Origin: Methanothrix sp.
Lineage (GTDB): Archaea > Halobacteriota > Methanosarcinia > Methanotrichales > Methanotrichaceae
Reading direction: 5' to 3'
Assembly: GCA_963682135.1 (NCBI GenBank)
Contig: OY821645.1
Span: 2,400,001-2,464,000, forward strand
Length of the DNA stretch: 64,000 nucleotides
The notes under the pieces: model-generated
Database searches by the model: none
Told to the model about the DNA's origin: nothing
What the model saw: the letters and a program-made list of their open reading frames with translations, nothing else
Shown: one piece after another, positions 20,588 to 30,038 of the stretch
Layout of the letters: every line of letters begins with the position of its first letter
How positions within the stretch are numbered: position 1 is the first letter of the stretch
Made by a program: the position numbers and the translations under genes

Positions 20588-21072
20588 AGCGCCATCCCTG
20601 CCAATCGTATGCTACAACAGTATCTCATAATGATTCATCCAATCATTATTAGCCTGAATCTTCGTGGTAATAAATCTATCCGTTATAGTAATATTTGATT
20701 TTACTAAATTAAAAACTAGTACGAATAAAAATAAATATTCGATTAACAGCAAATGGTTTAAGTATTACCAAAAAGCTTATTATTAAGAAGAATTAACTTT
20801 TACTCGCGTCAGGTCGATCCGATACACTCCATCTGGGGCGTTAGGCTTGCTCATTTGTGCTACGGTCATCTACCATTAGTCGGTAAAACGCTAGCCTAGT
20901 CCAAAAGCTCATAGTAGGATCGACTTGACTCAAACTCATTGTGCAAATTCATGTTTTTTAAAGGTTTGAAAAAGGCGCACATATTCCTCGACCTATTTTA
21001 ATAGCAATACTATCAAAAAGTTTATTACTTAGTAAGACCTCTATCTATTAAATCACACGATACGAGGTTTGC

Positions 21073-21267
21073 ATGATGTCAGATGCGGATAAATCGTCAA
21101 TAAGCAAGGTAGTGGTATCGGATGCAGCGGTTTCATTCATTGCTCGGGGAGGCAGACTGTTCTCAGGGCAAGTGATTGATTCAGATCCAGGAATTGAGGA
21201 TGGAGAAGAAGTCCTCGTGGTAGACAGAAAGAACAATCCACTTGGTAGGGTCCAAGTCTATCACTGA
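21073..21267 (+). CDS. Stand-alone PUA domain protein
   Basis: KVVVSDAAVSFIARGGRLFSGQVIDSDPGIEDGEEVLVVD resembles the ArcTGT PUA domain. Confidence 0.75.
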   Translation: MMSDADKSSISKVVVSDAAVSFIARGGRLFSGQVIDSDPGIEDGEEVLVVDRKNNPLGRVQVYH

Positions 21268-21874
21268 GTGGGGGTGAGCAAAAAATAAATAAAAGTGGTT
21301 GGCTCTGCAAAACCAGAAAGATTGAGCCACGCTGCTGAGGAATTACCCTGGCTTTGAATCCTTGCTGTTCGCCCAAGGAACATTTGCCAGCGTCTCTTCA
21401 GCCGTATGATATTTCGGGCAAATTATTCGGGAATCTTATTGCTAGCTTTTCTTAGGCCAATTCGGATCTGATCTGCTGAAAAAAGCCAAAAAAACGCACC
21501 ACCTCAGGAAACCGGCAGCTTCCCCCACAACACTAGGGCTCCAAATAATACATTGTTTGATATGCGGGAAGAATCTGGTAGTGTCCGAGCTAAAGGAAAG
21601 ATAATAAGCGCCCGTCTCCTCGGCAGCATTGCCTGCGGAGTCGGAATCAGTGGTATGAGTGGTATTTGAAGAAAGACTATCGCGAACGATCTCCCGGGAA
21701 GAGCAAGTGAGGAAACCGGCAGAAGAGAGTATATCGTCCTTCATCGCAATAGAAACAAGCTCAATCACCTTTTTTCCTGCTGGCCGGATTTTTCGACAAA
21801 TTCTTTGCCAGGAAGTATTTATATAGTGATCACCATCAATTCCTGGTCATTACAATCCTTAAGGAGATTTCAAT

Positions 21875-23170
21875 TTGGCAAAATCCGATATCAAATCTGA
21901 GACTAGTTCAGAAACAAAAGCCGAGGCCAAAAAGCCTGCGGCCCCTAAACCGGAGGTCAACATCGGCATGGTGGGCCATGTCGATCATGGCAAAACCACC
22001 CTTGTCAAGTCACTCTCCGGCGTCTGGACCGATCAGCACAGCGAGGAAGTTAAAAGAGGCATCTCAATCCGTCTGGGGTATGCAGATGCAACCTTCCGAA
22101 AGTGCCCAAGCTGTCCAGAACCGGATGCTTATACTGTGGATGAAAAGTGCTCCCACTGCGGCAAAGAGACACAGATATTGCGCACCGTTTCTTTCGTGGA
22201 CTCCCCCGGCCACGAGACTCTCATGGCCACCATGCTCTGCGGAGCGGCTATTATGGATGGAGCCGTGCTGGTCATATCTGCCAATGAGCCCTGCCCCCAG
22301 CCCCAGACCAAAGAGCACCTCATGGCCCTCAACATCACAGGCATCGACAGAATCGTGATAGTGCAAAACAAGATCGATCTCATGTCCCGTGAACAAGTAA
22401 TGGAGCACTATCGCCAGATCAAGGATTTTATAAAGGGAACCGTGGCGGAGAATGCGCCCATTGTGCCTATTTCCGCTCAGCAGAATCTCAACGTAGATAT
22501 GGTCATTGAGTCCATCGAAAAGACCATACCCACTCCTATCCGAGATCTCAATAAGCCGCCTCTTCTGAAGATCGCCCGCTCCTTCGATATCAATCGACCG
22601 GGGGCAACTCCCGAAGCCCTCAAAGGCGGGGTCATAGGCGGCTCTCTCAGCCAGGGCGTCTTGCATACTGGTGATAAGATCGAGATCTGTCCAGGTCGCC
22701 TCGTGGATTACGAGGGCAGGAAACAATGGGTGCCCATCCAGACCAAGGTGGTAACGCTGCTGGCAGGCAAACAAGTTCAGGATGATATCTCTCCTGGCGG
22801 CCTGATGGGCGTAGGCACGCTGCTCGACCCCGTCATGACCAAGAGCGACGCTCTGGTGGGACAGGTGGCTGGAGAGCCTGGCAAACTTCCGCCTGCAAGG
22901 AGTGCATTTACCATGAACATGCGGCTATTGGAGCGCGTCGTGGGCGTCACAGACGAGTCCAGTGTTGAGCCTATCCACTCCAGCGAACCCTTGATGCTCA
23001 ATGTCGGCACGGCCACAACCGTAGGTGTCGTAACCAGCGCTCGTGAGGGCGGTATTGTTCAAGTGCAGCTCAAGAGGCCGGTATGCGCTGAGAAAGGAGA
23101 ACGTGTGGCGGTTAGCAGGCGAATTGGGGCCAGGTGGCGTCTTATCGGCGTTGGCACCATAACCGAGTAG
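21875..23170 (+). CDS. eif2g: Translation initiation factor 2 gamma subunit
   Basis: [44 protein letters not shown]. Confidence 0.97.
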   Translation: MAKSDIKSETSSETKAEAKKPAAPKPEVNIGMVGHVDHGKTTLVKSLSGVWTDQHSEEVKRGISIRLGYADATFRKCPSCPEPDAYTVDEKCSHCGKETQILRTVSFVDSPGHETLMATMLCGAAIMDGAVLVISANEPCPQPQTKEHLMALNITGIDRIVIVQNKIDLMSREQVMEHYRQIKDFIKGTVAENAPIVPISAQQNLNVDMVIESIEKTIPTPIRDLNKPPLLKIARSFDINRPGATPEALKGGVIGGSLSQGVLHTGDKIEICPGRLVDYEGRKQWVPIQTKVVTLLAGKQVQDDISPGGLMGVGTLLDPVMTKSDALVGQVAGEPGKLPPARSAFTMNMRLLERVVGVTDESSVEPIHSSEPLMLNVGTATTVGVVTSAREGGIVQVQLKRPVCAEKGERVAVSRRIGARWRLIGVGTITE

Positions 23171-23171
23171 C

Positions 23172-23582
23172 ATGAAGGCATACATCGATACCAGTAGCAT
23201 AAAGGTAATTCTCGATACCAACGCATTGATGGTACCCGAGCAGTTCAACGTAGACATCTTCAGCGAGCTTCTCCGTTTGGGATATGCAGAGTGGCTGGTC
23301 CCGGCCTCTGTGCTGGGAGAGCTTCGCTCGCTAGCAACGCGGGCCGACAAAGGAAAGGATAAAATCGCCGCCCGCGTGGCACTGAGCCTTGCGAAAGGCT
23401 GCAATGCAGTTGGGGTGGACAATTATAACGCCGATCAGGCAATCATTGAGCTTGCCCTGGAGACGGGCGCGGCAGTCTTTACCAATGACAAAGCCTTGAA
23501 GAAAAGGTTATTTAGTAAAGGCATCACCGTAGTATACCTGCGCCAGGGGCAATATCTAGAGGCGTCGAAGAAGGAGTACTAG
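23172..23582 (+). CDS. PIN domain protein (Fcf1/Utp24-like)
   Basis: ILDTNALM, AD, TNDKAL; conserved position between eif2g and rpoE'. Confidence 0.85.
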   Translation: MKAYIDTSSIKVILDTNALMVPEQFNVDIFSELLRLGYAEWLVPASVLGELRSLATRADKGKDKIAARVALSLAKGCNAVGVDNYNADQAIIELALETGAAVFTNDKALKKRLFSKGITVVYLRQGQYLEASKKEY

Positions 23583-24167
23583 ATGTATAAGAAGATGAAG
23601 CTTAAGGGTGTGGCCAAGATAGAACCGGATCATCTGGGTGATCCCCTCGAAGCGGCAGTGGACAGGTCGCTGCGCGAAAAATATGAGGCAGTAGTTGACA
23701 AGTCGCTGGGAACCATCGTGGCCGTGCTCGGAGCAGATGACATTGGAGAAGGTCACATCCTGGCAGGGGATGGATCTATTTACTACGAAGTCAATTTTGA
23801 TGCTCTTGTCTTTAAGCCGGAGATGCAGGAGATCATCGAAGGCGAGGTTGTGGAAATAGTCAAATTCGGAGCTTTTCTCTCATTGGGACCATTCGATGGC
23901 CTTCTGCACGTAAGCCAGATCACCAATGAGTATATATCTTATGATGAAAAGAACGCGCGGCTGGTCAGCAAAGAGTCGAGCAAGTCCTTAGGTGAAGGAG
24001 ATAAGGTTCGAGCCAGGGTTATTGCCGTAAGCCTGAATGAAAAAGAGCCTCGTGAGAGCAAGATTGGCCTCACTATGAGGCAGACGGGCCTGGGAAGGCT
24101 GGAGTGGCTGGAGGCCAATCCTGGAAATTCTGGTGCTGAAGAGACAAGTGAGGCAGAGGCGAAATGA
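23583..24167 (+). CDS. rpoE1: DNA-directed RNA polymerase subunit E' (Rpo7)
   Basis: FGAFLSLGPFDGLLHVSQI, KIGLTMRQTGLG. Confidence 0.95.
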   Translation: MYKKMKLKGVAKIEPDHLGDPLEAAVDRSLREKYEAVVDKSLGTIVAVLGADDIGEGHILAGDGSIYYEVNFDALVFKPEMQEIIEGEVVEIVKFGAFLSLGPFDGLLHVSQITNEYISYDEKNARLVSKESSKSLGEGDKVRARVIAVSLNEKEPRESKIGLTMRQTGLGRLEWLEANPGNSGAEETSEAEAK

Positions 24168-24349
24168 CAGAGCAGGCATGCAGAGAATGTCGCAGAATCG
24201 TAGAGGGTCAGGTCTGTCCCATCTGTAATTCAGCCTCGCTCAGCAAGGATTGGAGCGGATATGTCGTGATCATCGATCCAAAGGATTCGATCCTCGCGCA
24301 AAAGCTGGAGATTACCCTTCCCGGCAGATATGCTCTGAAGGTGCGTTAA
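24164..24349 (+). CDS. spt4: Transcription elongation factor Spt4 (RpoE'')
   Basis: ACREC..CPIC..WSG..PGRYALKVR. Confidence 0.95.
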   Translation: MTEQACRECRRIVEGQVCPICNSASLSKDWSGYVVIIDPKDSILAQKLEITLPGRYALKVR

Positions 24350-24351
24350 AA

Positions 24352-24882
24352 TTGCGTCTCCTCCTTCTACCAGATGAAATGCGCACATCTCTGAAAGAGC
24401 CGCTCGGCAGGCTATACAGAGGAAACGGCCTGGAGTGCGTAAAGGCCATGGAAAAGGAGCTTCTTTCTGCCAGGAAAGTTGTTGCCATCGGTGATATGAC
24501 TGCCTTCTATCTCCTGAAGGCATCTATTGTGCCCGATCTGTTAGTCGTGGACAATAAGACTAAGAGGATGCCGGTTTCCGATCATGTCATGGAGACGCTG
24601 GGTCGTGAAAGCTATAGGACGGTAAGAGTAAAAAATCCGGCGGCGACAATCAGCAAAGATCTTATAGACCTGATCTCGGAATCTCTGCATGGCACTGAGC
24701 ATGTAAAGATCATAGTAGAGGGCGAAGAAGATCTGGCAACGCTTCCTGCCATTCTTTATGCGCCTCTTGGCTCCGTGGTTGTCTACGGCCAGCCCAATGA
24801 GGGAAGCGTTCTGGTTGATGTTACTCCGGAAAGGAAGCTACATATAGAAAAATTTATGAAACAAATGATTGTGGAGGAATGA
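24352..24882 (+). CDS. GTP-dependent dephospho-CoA kinase (DUF359)
   Basis: LKEPLG, GDMT, DNKTKR, NPAATI, GEEDLA, YGQPNEG; TTG start chosen after spt4. Confidence 0.88.
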   Translation: MRLLLLPDEMRTSLKEPLGRLYRGNGLECVKAMEKELLSARKVVAIGDMTAFYLLKASIVPDLLVVDNKTKRMPVSDHVMETLGRESYRTVRVKNPAATISKDLIDLISESLHGTEHVKIIVEGEEDLATLPAILYAPLGSVVVYGQPNEGSVLVDVTPERKLHIEKFMKQMIVEE

Positions 24883-25190
24883 AGTTGGATATTCAAGTAA
24901 TAGAAGAAAAGAAAAACACCATCTTGAACCGGCGGGAGCTTGTTTTCAAGGTTATTCACGAAGAAGCGACGCCTTCTCGAAAGAGCGTCGTGGAGAGGCT
25001 GGCGGCAACTCAAAACTCTAAGGTTGGCCTGGTCTATGTGGACAACCTGAAGACTGAGTTTGGAAAGCGCGAGACAATCGGATATGCCAAGATCTATGAG
25101 ACAGCCGATAGGGCCAAAGAAATAGAGAGAGCCCATATCATTACGCGCAATACATTCACCAAGCCACAAGAAACCAAGACGGAGGCCTAG
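24879..25190 (+). CDS. rps24e: 30S ribosomal protein S24e
   Basis: N.LNRRE, TPSR, GYAKIYE. Confidence 0.95.
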   Translation: MKLDIQVIEEKKNTILNRRELVFKVIHEEATPSRKSVVERLAATQNSKVGLVYVDNLKTEFGKRETIGYAKIYETADRAKEIERAHIITRNTFTKPQETKTEA

Positions 25191-25194
25191 CTAG

Positions 25195-25380
25195 ATGGCT
25201 GCTAAAAAGGGTGCTAAGAAGGGCGCAGTTATGGGCGCCTCCAGATTTTATGAGGTATCCGGGGACACCATCAAGTCCAAGAGGGCAGTCTGTCCCAGGT
25301 GCGGAAACGGCGTATTTCTGGCCAGCCACGTCGACCGGCAAAGCTGCGGCAAGTGCGGTTACACCGAGTTCAAGAAATAG
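25195..25380 (+). CDS. rps27ae: 30S ribosomal protein S27ae
   Basis: [25 protein letters not shown]. Confidence 0.95.
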   Translation: MAAKKGAKKGAVMGASRFYEVSGDTIKSKRAVCPRCGNGVFLASHVDRQSCGKCGYTEFKK

Positions 25381-25576
25381 ACCCCAGGTTTTTCCCGGGT
25401 CTTATTCTTGGACCGGACTTTCCTATTTTATTAGATTCTGTCGCCATATAGAAAAATCTGGTGACTGCAGATCATGGCCCGCAGTCAGCATTGCTGTTAT
25501 GGCTGCCCGTTTAGGCCGAGGATTTGATTAATATCCGTCATCTGTCGCGTCTTAGCCAAATCCAGGCAGTTGGAAC

Positions 25577-27224
25577 CCTGACCTCCCCATTTTTTAGGCA
25601 CACATATGAATGGCATCCAGAATTTGACGCTGTTTCTTAGTGATCTCGGTCGTGATTCTTTCTCCATCCGGCAAGACCATGATCTTGATTTTTTCGAGTT
25701 CAGTGAACAATCCCTCAACCGAGTATCTTTTATTCAGCTCGGCATCGATCATCATTCGCATGAGCTTCATCCTCAAGATCAGAGCAAGGAATGAAATGAA
25801 TAGGTAGCCCCTTAGACTACTGTTGGTCCTCAGGTTCGCGGGCATCAAATCGATGTCGTTCTTCAGAACATCGAATCCCTTTTCAACGATATCCTTGCTT
25901 CTATAAAGCGCAAGACATTCCACCCACGTGAACTCGCCTCGATAAAGCAAGATAAACTTTCCCATTTTATTAATAGCCTGGGAGACCGCATTTTTTCTAA
26001 GTGATACCTGAAACTTACCGTCTATTGCTTTCCATTCTATAAACTTGGCATCTCTTTTCGCAGTCGCCCTGAAAACTTCTCCAGGATTCATCCAGGGTTT
26101 CAGGTTCTTGGACTTGAGCACTTCCATCAAATCGTAGAGTCGCTTATAAAACGTATTTCTTTCCTGCTGCTCTCTTTTCTGATCGTAATATGCATATCCG
26201 TTCAGCTTGTTTTCACCAACATCGATCTCTACAGGCATCACAAACAGCGGCTCTTTTTCATAGAGTTTTAGATGCTCTGGATCGTCAATGCTTTTGTGGA
26301 TAGCAGATATCGCTTCTTTGACGTTCTTGAGATTACTCGTTGGCGGAATAATGAACGACAGATCTGCAGATATCATCTCCTCGATATTGTCGGTTGAAAA
26401 GAAGCCTCTATCCATGATCAGAGTATAATTTCTGACGCCCTGTGCATTCATTTTCTTGATAGTATTCTTAAGCGTAGATACATCTGCGATGCTTCCTGGG
26501 TAGAGATCATACATCAACGGTATGCCCAGATCTTTGTCCACGACTAGAGACAGATTGATTTGAGGCAGGTCGAGGCCATCTCGATTATAGCCGTATTCAA
26601 GGAGGCTGATGCTCTGAGAGTAAGACGAAAAGGAGGTTATATCGTAGACTAGCGTGCTGGCTGTGGATACTTGCTCAATGAGTTTGCGAGAGAATTCCAG
26701 ATTCACAGTACCTTCACCGATACTGCTTAGCATTCGTGAAAGGCTCTGTGATGATAAGGGAAGATTCGGATGGTCTTCAGACATGACCGTACCTTCATAC
26801 CAGCTCTGGATATGGGTTAGTGCTCGGGGGTGTGTGGCATAGTTCATTGCCAGTGTCAAAATCGGCCGGACTTCTTTACCAGGAAGAACATCAGAGAGGA
26901 TCTTTTCTAGCTTAAGGTCCTCTGTGATCTTCTTGAGTGGAACGAATTCGCCATGCGATAGCACTTTCTTGGGGATTTGGTCTTTGGCGCGAACCTTCAC
27001 GGGAACTCCATTGACATTCTTTCCCAAGTATTTGCTTTTCTGCCGAATTTGCTTCTTTTCCTTATCGTAATAAGGTGTAATTTCATATATGTATTCCAGG
27101 CCATTTATCTTTTTGGTTCGAATAAAAGATTTCATGTTGTATTTAGGCACAGCATACTATTTATAGTTTTTGGTCATCGATGGCGAAAATTGATCAGATA
27201 TGCCTAAATTTCGGGGAGCTTAGG
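25577..27224 (-). mobile_element. IS1634 family insertion sequence
   Basis: Imperfect terminal IRs CCTGACCTCCCCATTTTTTAGGCA / CCTAAGCTCCCCGAAATTTAGGCA; TTGGAAC direct repeat at 25570-25576 and 27225-27231. Confidence 0.85.
25594..27150 (-). CDS. IS1634 family DDE transposase
   Basis: YDITS, GYNRDG..LPQI, DRGF, Y..K..VEKGF..LK; intact 518 aa. Confidence 0.92.
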   Translation of the reverse strand: MPKYNMKSFIRTKKINGLEYIYEITPYYDKEKKQIRQKSKYLGKNVNGVPVKVRAKDQIPKKVLSHGEFVPLKKITEDLKLEKILSDVLPGKEVRPILTLAMNYATHPRALTHIQSWYEGTVMSEDHPNLPLSSQSLSRMLSSIGEGTVNLEFSRKLIEQVSTASTLVYDITSFSSYSQSISLLEYGYNRDGLDLPQINLSLVVDKDLGIPLMYDLYPGSIADVSTLKNTIKKMNAQGVRNYTLIMDRGFFSTDNIEEMISADLSFIIPPTSNLKNVKEAISAIHKSIDDPEHLKLYEKEPLFVMPVEIDVGENKLNGYAYYDQKREQQERNTFYKRLYDLMEVLKSKNLKPWMNPGEVFRATAKRDAKFIEWKAIDGKFQVSLRKNAVSQAINKMGKFILLYRGEFTWVECLALYRSKDIVEKGFDVLKNDIDLMPANLRTNSSLRGYLFISFLALILRMKLMRMMIDAELNKRYSVEGLFTELEKIKIMVLPDGERITTEITKKQRQILDAIHMCA

Positions 27225-27324
27225 TTGGAACTGCAATTAGTGAGTTGCCTAATCGTGTCTCTCATGCCTGCAAAATTGCAGAAGGCATATTATCTAATGA
27301 ATCATCTGTTTATTGAGGATCCAG

Positions 27325-27498
27325 ATGAGGCTAAAGGTTCTGATCAGCGAAGGAGAAGATGGATGGCTTGTCGTGGAATGTCCGTCTATTCCCGGTTGCA
27401 TCTCTCAGGGAAAGACCCTGGAAGAAGCCCTTGACAATATCAAAGAGTCCATAGAAGGCTGCCTGGAAGTGATGGCGGAAAAGTGTCAAGGCAATTAG
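27325..27498 (+). CDS. hicB: HicB family antitoxin (orphan)
   Basis: EDGWLVVECPSIPGCISQGKTLEEALDNIKESI; no hicA adjacent. Confidence 0.85.
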   Translation: MRLKVLISEGEDGWLVVECPSIPGCISQGKTLEEALDNIKESIEGCLEVMAEKCQGN

Positions 27499-27535
27499 CG
27501 GCAAGCGATTGAAGTTGATTTGCTTTGAACGGAAA

Positions 27536-27670
27536 TCATAAATTTACATCATGTATCTTTGACCTGCGCATCTCCTGGGTGGACGCCTCGATTCTGTCTG
27601 CCAACTCGTCGTCTCTGCCGATTTCGTCCAGGATCTCGGAGAGCTTCCTTTTGCCGGGAGAATTCTGCAT
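27536..27670 (-). pseudogene. VapB-like antitoxin remnant
   Basis: Manual translation MQNSPGKRKLSEILDEIGRDDELADRIEASTQEMRRSKIHDVNL resembles the C-terminal half of archaeal VapB antitoxins. Confidence 0.4.
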
Positions 27671-27812
27671 AGCAACCTCTTAGAGACTTTCTCACTTTGC
27701 CTCTTAACTTTTTCTAGTGCTCCTTCCTAAGGTAATTGAATCAATTGATCGCATAACTTATTTAGTCTTCCTGAATTACTGCTCATAAAAACTCGACGAA
27801 GGAGTCAAGCCT

Positions 27813-30038
27813 ATGGGCCAAGAGCCAACCATCACTTTATCCATAAAGGAAGCAGGAGAGCATCCCAACAGTACTTATCTCTTTCATATACTCCTAAATG
27901 GAAATCCTATCACCAGCAACCAGAGCCTCTCCCTGCCGGACTCCCGGGCAGTGCGAGAGATCTCCCGCAGCTTTGGCGCTCTTTTCGAGCAGGGCCGCAT
28001 GCCGGAAAAAGATGCCGACGCCCAGCGTGCTCTGGGCAGGCAGCTCTTCGACCTCTGGCTGGCAACATCCTGGGAGAAGATCAGGGCAGTCGTTCCCGTG
28101 GGCTCTCTGCGTTTCCTGGTCATCGCCTCCGAGATCCCTGAGATCCTCAACCTCCCCTGGGAGCTTCTGCTTCCGCCCGAAAGTGACTTCCTGGGCATCA
28201 ATCCGCTCTTTCGCATCCGTCGCTTCCCCTCTTCCGCCAGGCAGATGGCCTCCTTCACCGGAGAGCTGCGACCCAGGCCCCTGCGCCTGCTCTTCATGGC
28301 TTGCTCTCCCTCGAATCAGGCGACTCTGGATTATGAAAAAGAGGAAGAGGCTCTTTTCCGGGCGGTCTACGGTCAGGACGTAGCCTTTGATTCCTGCGAC
28401 CTGGGCACCTTTGAGGAGCTGAAGGAGAAGGTAAGCGAGTTTCAGCCCCACATTGTCCACCTGACCGGCCACGGTGCCGTTCTGGAAGGCAAGGGCCGCT
28501 TTGCTTTCGAGAAAGAAGACGGCAGCTCAGATCTCGTTCCTTCGGAAGATCTGCGCCGGTTCCTGGCGGGCTCGGGCGTGCAGTGCGTCTTTGTGAGCGG
28601 CTGCCAGTCGGGCAAGGCTCCTCGGGAGGCTCTGGCCGGCATCTGCCAGAGCCTGGTGGGTGCCGAGGTGCCTCTGGCCGTGGGCTGGGCGGCATCCATC
28701 GCCGACGACCTGGCCACCAATTTCGCACGCAGGTTTTATGGGGCGCTCAAAGCCGGCCAGCCGGTGGACCGGGCCCTTTCTCTTGCGCGCCAGGATGCCT
28801 GGAAGGACTACGAGGGGAGAAGCGATCCATCATGGACTCTGCCCGTTCTCTATTCGGCCACAAATCAGGGAGAGATATTCGATTCGGATCCGCGAAGGCC
28901 GGTCGAGCTGCCCACCCGCCCGACCATCATCCAGCGGGCTTTGCCAGGGATGAAGGAGGGCTACGCAGAGCACTTCGTGGGCCGCAGGCGCGAGCAGCAG
29001 CGGCTCCTGCCAGCTCTCAAGAGCGGAGACATAGATATCTTGATTCTCACGGGTCTTGGAGGCAGCGGCAAGAGCACTCTCGCCACAAGGCTCGCACGCA
29101 AGCTGGAGACTTATGGTTTTGTTCCCGTTCCCGTTTCCAGCTCGAAAACCAATCCTTTGAACTCAGTGCGTCTCTTGCAGGCCTTTGGAGATGCCTTCAG
29201 AAAGACTGCAAGAAAGCTAAAGACGAGCAATGCTCAGAAGGCCAACGAGCTATTTTCCCTGGCTGAAGAACTGAACGATCCTAATATTTCGGTCGAAAGC
29301 AGAATGCACGATGCTGTTTCTGCTCTTAATGAAGGAAGCTTCCTCCTGCTGCTTGACAACTTTGAGTCCAATATGGATGAGGCAGACCGGTACATTTTGG
29401 ATGCGGAAATCTCAGGATTTTATAAATATCTGCTCGAAAACCTGTCTGGCGGCTCCAGGGCTATTATCACTACCAGGTATCCGCCTTCAGATGCATCTGT
29501 TTTGCCGCCCAAGGTTCATCCTGAGGCTCTAAGCGACTTCTCACTGTCATCGTTCATCAAGATCCTGCAGCGCGACCCTGAGCTGGAGCGCCGCATCCGA
29601 TCCGGAGAGCTGCCCATGAGCCTCTTGAGGATGCTGCATGAGAAATTCGGAGGAACGCCGCGTTTTCTCCTCCAGATCAAGGAGGCCCTCAAGGAGATGG
29701 ATGCTGTGGAGCTTGAGAAAGAGCTTAAGAACATCACGCTTCCATCTGATGCCAAATCATCAGAATTGCAGAAATTAAAGGACAAATACTTTGCGGACAT
29801 ATTCGCCGAGCGCCTCTTCGGCTACCTCAGTCCCAGGTCTCAGCAAGCTCTCTGTAGGTCGGCTGTCTACGGCGTCCCTGTGACGCTGGACGGCTTGAAA
29901 GCGGTCTCTCTGGAGTCTCCGGATGATGTGCAAGAATTCGTTAGAAGTTGGCAGGAACGGGCCTTCGTCTACCAGGATACCGAAAGATCCAAGAGCCTCT
30001 CTGGATCGTCTATGGGCTCCTTCGTGGCTGGCTTCTAG
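27813..30038 (+). CDS. CHAT (caspase-like) protease + STAND/NB-ARC-type NTPase, N-terminal part of a frameshifted gene
   Basis: LPWELL, HLTGHG (His), SGCQSG (Cys), FVGRRRE, GLGGSGKST, LLLLDNFE, IITTR, GGTP. Confidence 0.85.
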   Translation: MGQEPTITLSIKEAGEHPNSTYLFHILLNGNPITSNQSLSLPDSRAVREISRSFGALFEQGRMPEKDADAQRALGRQLFDLWLATSWEKIRAVVPVGSLRFLVIASEIPEILNLPWELLLPPESDFLGINPLFRIRRFPSSARQMASFTGELRPRPLRLLFMACSPSNQATLDYEKEEEALFRAVYGQDVAFDSCDLGTFEELKEKVSEFQPHIVHLTGHGAVLEGKGRFAFEKEDGSSDLVPSEDLRRFLAGSGVQCVFVSGCQSGKAPREALAGICQSLVGAEVPLAVGWAASIADDLATNFARRFYGALKAGQPVDRALSLARQDAWKDYEGRSDPSWTLPVLYSATNQGEIFDSDPRRPVELPTRPTIIQRALPGMKEGYAEHFVGRRREQQRLLPALKSGDIDILILTGLGGSGKSTLATRLARKLETYGFVPVPVSSSKTNPLNSVRLLQAFGDAFRKTARKLKTSNAQKANELFSLAEELNDPNISVESRMHDAVSALNEGSFLLLLDNFESNMDEADRYILDAEISGFYKYLLENLSGGSRAIITTRYPPSDASVLPPKVHPEALSDFSLSSFIKILQRDPELERRIRSGELPMSLLRMLHEKFGGTPRFLLQIKEALKEMDAVELEKELKNITLPSDAKSSELQKLKDKYFADIFAERLFGYLSPRSQQALCRSAVYGVPVTLDGLKAVSLESPDDVQEFVRSWQERAFVYQDTERSKSLSGSSMGSFVAGF

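Noticed and set aside
21270-21800. ORF 21442-21768, possible RNase P RNA, and a duplicated AGGAAACCGGCAG 13-mer
   Set aside because: The ORF has no recognisable motifs; the RNase P conserved regions are not present in order; the 13-mer alone is insufficient
29975-30000. Programmed ribosomal frameshift in CHAT-TPR
   Set aside because: No slippery heptamer or homopolymer tract at the shift site
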